Shown: positions 61,644 through 64,000 of the stretch, in pieces
How positions within the stretch are numbered: position 1 is the stretch's first letter
Layout of the letters: each line of letters begins with the position of its first letter
From: Raillietiella orientalis
Taxonomy: Eukaryota
DNA length: 64,000 bases
Assembly (NCBI GenBank): GCA_036172245.1
Contig: JAYWIR010000001.1
Coordinates: 7,192,001 to 7,256,000 of the forward strand
Direction of reading: 5' to 3'
Program-made: the position numbers and the translations under genes
The notes under the pieces: generated by a model
What the model was told of the DNA's origin: nothing
Databases searched by the model: none
The model's input: only the letters and a program-made list of their open reading frames with translations

Positions 61644-64000
61644 TGAGCAGTTTCGTATCCATGGAGATAAGTCCTTCTCATTTCTTAAGACGCACATCAT
61701 GAATGCAGGGAATGCCGTTCATGATTGAATCGCTTCAGTGGATCCATCTCTGAAGCAATTAAATCGCAGTCACTGCTGCTGGGGTGTGCGTAAGGCGTCG
61801 GGCGGAGTGGATTGATACATCACCATGGCGATCAAGTGTGCGAAAACGCAACTTCCATGGGAATGTGTTCCTCGAAATCGTGTGCGGAATCAACGCACAC
61901 AGGCATCATTTTGTCAGGTGATTATTGCATCCGCACTTTCGGACACGTTGCTGTTCATCGGATTCTTGGATGTGCCGGAATCATGTAATGGAATGCTTGT
62001 AGAACTGACGACTCGGTGGAGTTGGAGGAAACCCAACACGCAGTAAACGCTCACGAAATTCTACCCGGTTCGTCAGCATCTTCCAGAAACGTGTCAAACT
62101 GTGTGGGTATTCTTCCATTTTTCGAAACACTGTGTGCACAGTTGTCGGGAGACGTCTTGCGATTCCTGTGCATTTGGCAGGGTGTCAAAGGAGGCGAGCG
62201 TGCAGCAGCAGTTCGATGAGCCCCTGACACGTCGGAGTCAAAAAAGGGGGAAGAAGAGATGCGTTGGAGAGTACCGAGGCGCACACGATTCCGGGGGCGG
62301 TCATGGGGAAGAAGGCCGACCTCCACTGCGGAGCCTGAGTCCTGGCAGCCCCCCCAGCGGATCGGATCCTTGCCGGGGACGCAGAAAACGGAGGAAATTT
62401 TCCACAGCGCGAGCACACGTTTTATCTGGAGCACAGGCAAGCATTCCAGAGACCCTGAATCTCCCCGCTCGTTGGGAAAGAGCGGCCCCAACGCAGACTG
62501 GACGGTCTAATCTGCACTCACGCAACGTCGACCGTGAAGGAGATGCACCGCGTTCCTCTTATCATCATCGGTGAAGCCGCCTCTTCCTCCAGCGCGGGAG
62601 AAAAATCTGCAATTTCTCGGGAGAGTGCGAACTGCTGCGAGCAGCCAGCAGCATCCAGAGATCCAGAACTTGATTTTAGGTGATTCCCTACTATCGGCGA
62701 CGACAGCATTTAATCATTGCGCCTAATCACAGCGTGGAACGGTTATAAAACGGAATCACAAGATGATAGTTCGCTAATGTGATCCGCGCAAGGATGTCAG
62801 CTCCTCACAGGGGGGCGTCCGTGACAAATAGCTCAGGAGAGCTGCCAGTCGTGGCCCACGTAATGAAAGACTATGCTTTGTCACTCACTGTGCATGCGTG
62901 CAGCCATACAAAAATGTCCCACCGTTACCATGCTGCCAATAATTGTGTCACCACAAGAGTTTCTATCCACATGAATTACCGTGCCATATTGAATGTTTGT
63001 TTCGTCAACCAAATGGTTGATCCAACATCTCCCCTGTCCGCGACAGTCGCAAATCTTCTCGAAGACACGGGTCTTGGGAATCCTCGTCCGAAGGAACGAG
63101 CGCGTTCCCGGAGCGTTCCGCTGCGAAAGGCTTGCGTCGCCAGCGCCTTCCGGACGAGGGATGCGCGAATGAAGTTCCGGGCGGCGGTTTCTGGTACCCG
63201 GGAGCAGCAAGAGCGGGGTACGAGCAGGGTGGAACTCCGCCGTCGCTTCCTTTGGTGACCTCGCCCGCTGCAAGGCGGGGCTCGGTGTTCCCTCTGGTCG
63301 CGAGGCAGCCATTTCTTCTTCTCACCGTCCTCCGATCTGCTCCGGAATGGAAGCGGGGGGTAGAGGGAGGTTGGTATCGCGGGTTCGGACCCTGGGTCGT
63401 CGTCCACACGCTGCAGCAGCAGGCAACCTCCGGGCACGTGTCCGGACGCAGGGCTCGAGCCGTTCGTGGGAATCCACCAAAGGGACGGCAGGAAAAAACC
63501 GGTCGGATTCCTCTTTACTTGGCATTTTTGTGACGTCAGGGAGACCATTCCTATGCAATCAAGAGGATGGACTCGAAAGAGGGCGATAGGAGCCAAATTA
63601 ATGTGTGTTCGTTTCCCTCCCCCCCCTCCTTCCAGAGTGAAGAACGGCGCGCGCAGCCTTGACATTCGAAGCTTCCAAACTCGGCGATAGCGACCATCCC
63701 ATCTCTTTCTGTGGCGGAGGTTGTCTTCCGCGCTCCTGCACCAGGAGGAACAGTGTCAACTAAGGCAATTTTTCGCGCGGCAGCGGAATTGTCGGCAGGC
63801 GCCGTTGGTCGCAGAGGTACGAAGTTGCGACCGAAGTGCGTCGGAGTTTGGGGCGAAGAGAGGCAGGTCGTCACATGATGGACAGCTGCGAGTTGGTGAA
63901 CTTCCCTGGAAGAGGTAGTCGAAATGGAGATCGCCAGCATCCAGTTCCGGTTCCAGAACGAAGGGACGACCTGCGTGTGTCGGTGGACCCTTCATCCTTG

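Noticed and set aside
1-64000. CRISPR array, prokaryotic operon or rRNA
   Set aside because: No regularly spaced repeats or rRNA motifs were seen, and all identified genes are intron-containing animal genes.

Overview
Eukaryotic (animal, probably arthropod: RPL10 has the arthropod-type GKDQFH motif) genomic DNA with very small spliceosomal introns (mostly 35-55 nt) and a sharp compositional mosaic. Six intact genes can be assembled by hand: STIMATE/TMEM110 (+), UBL4A (-), CFAP298 (+), PDPR (+), a three-repeat Myb (+) and RPL10 (+). Five lie in AT-rich, CpG-depleted DNA, while Myb lies in a GC/CpG-rich block. The first 6 kb appears to hold two eroded pseudogenes (BTB-BACK-Kelch-like, and more tentatively DRC2/CCDC65-like). 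The clearest non-genic signals are two recent local inverted-duplication structures at about 98-99% identity. One (58.8-61.7 kb) has junctions built from short templated patches joined by microhomology and fits a staggered-break inversion. The other (15.4-19.0 kb) places an antisense copy of part of PDPR upstream of the gene. Most long ORFs in the GC-rich parts are compositional artefacts. I found no CRISPR array, rRNA, convincing tRNA or intact transposon, and I cannot claim a new biological system. Protein identities come from recalled family motifs, not from database searches.
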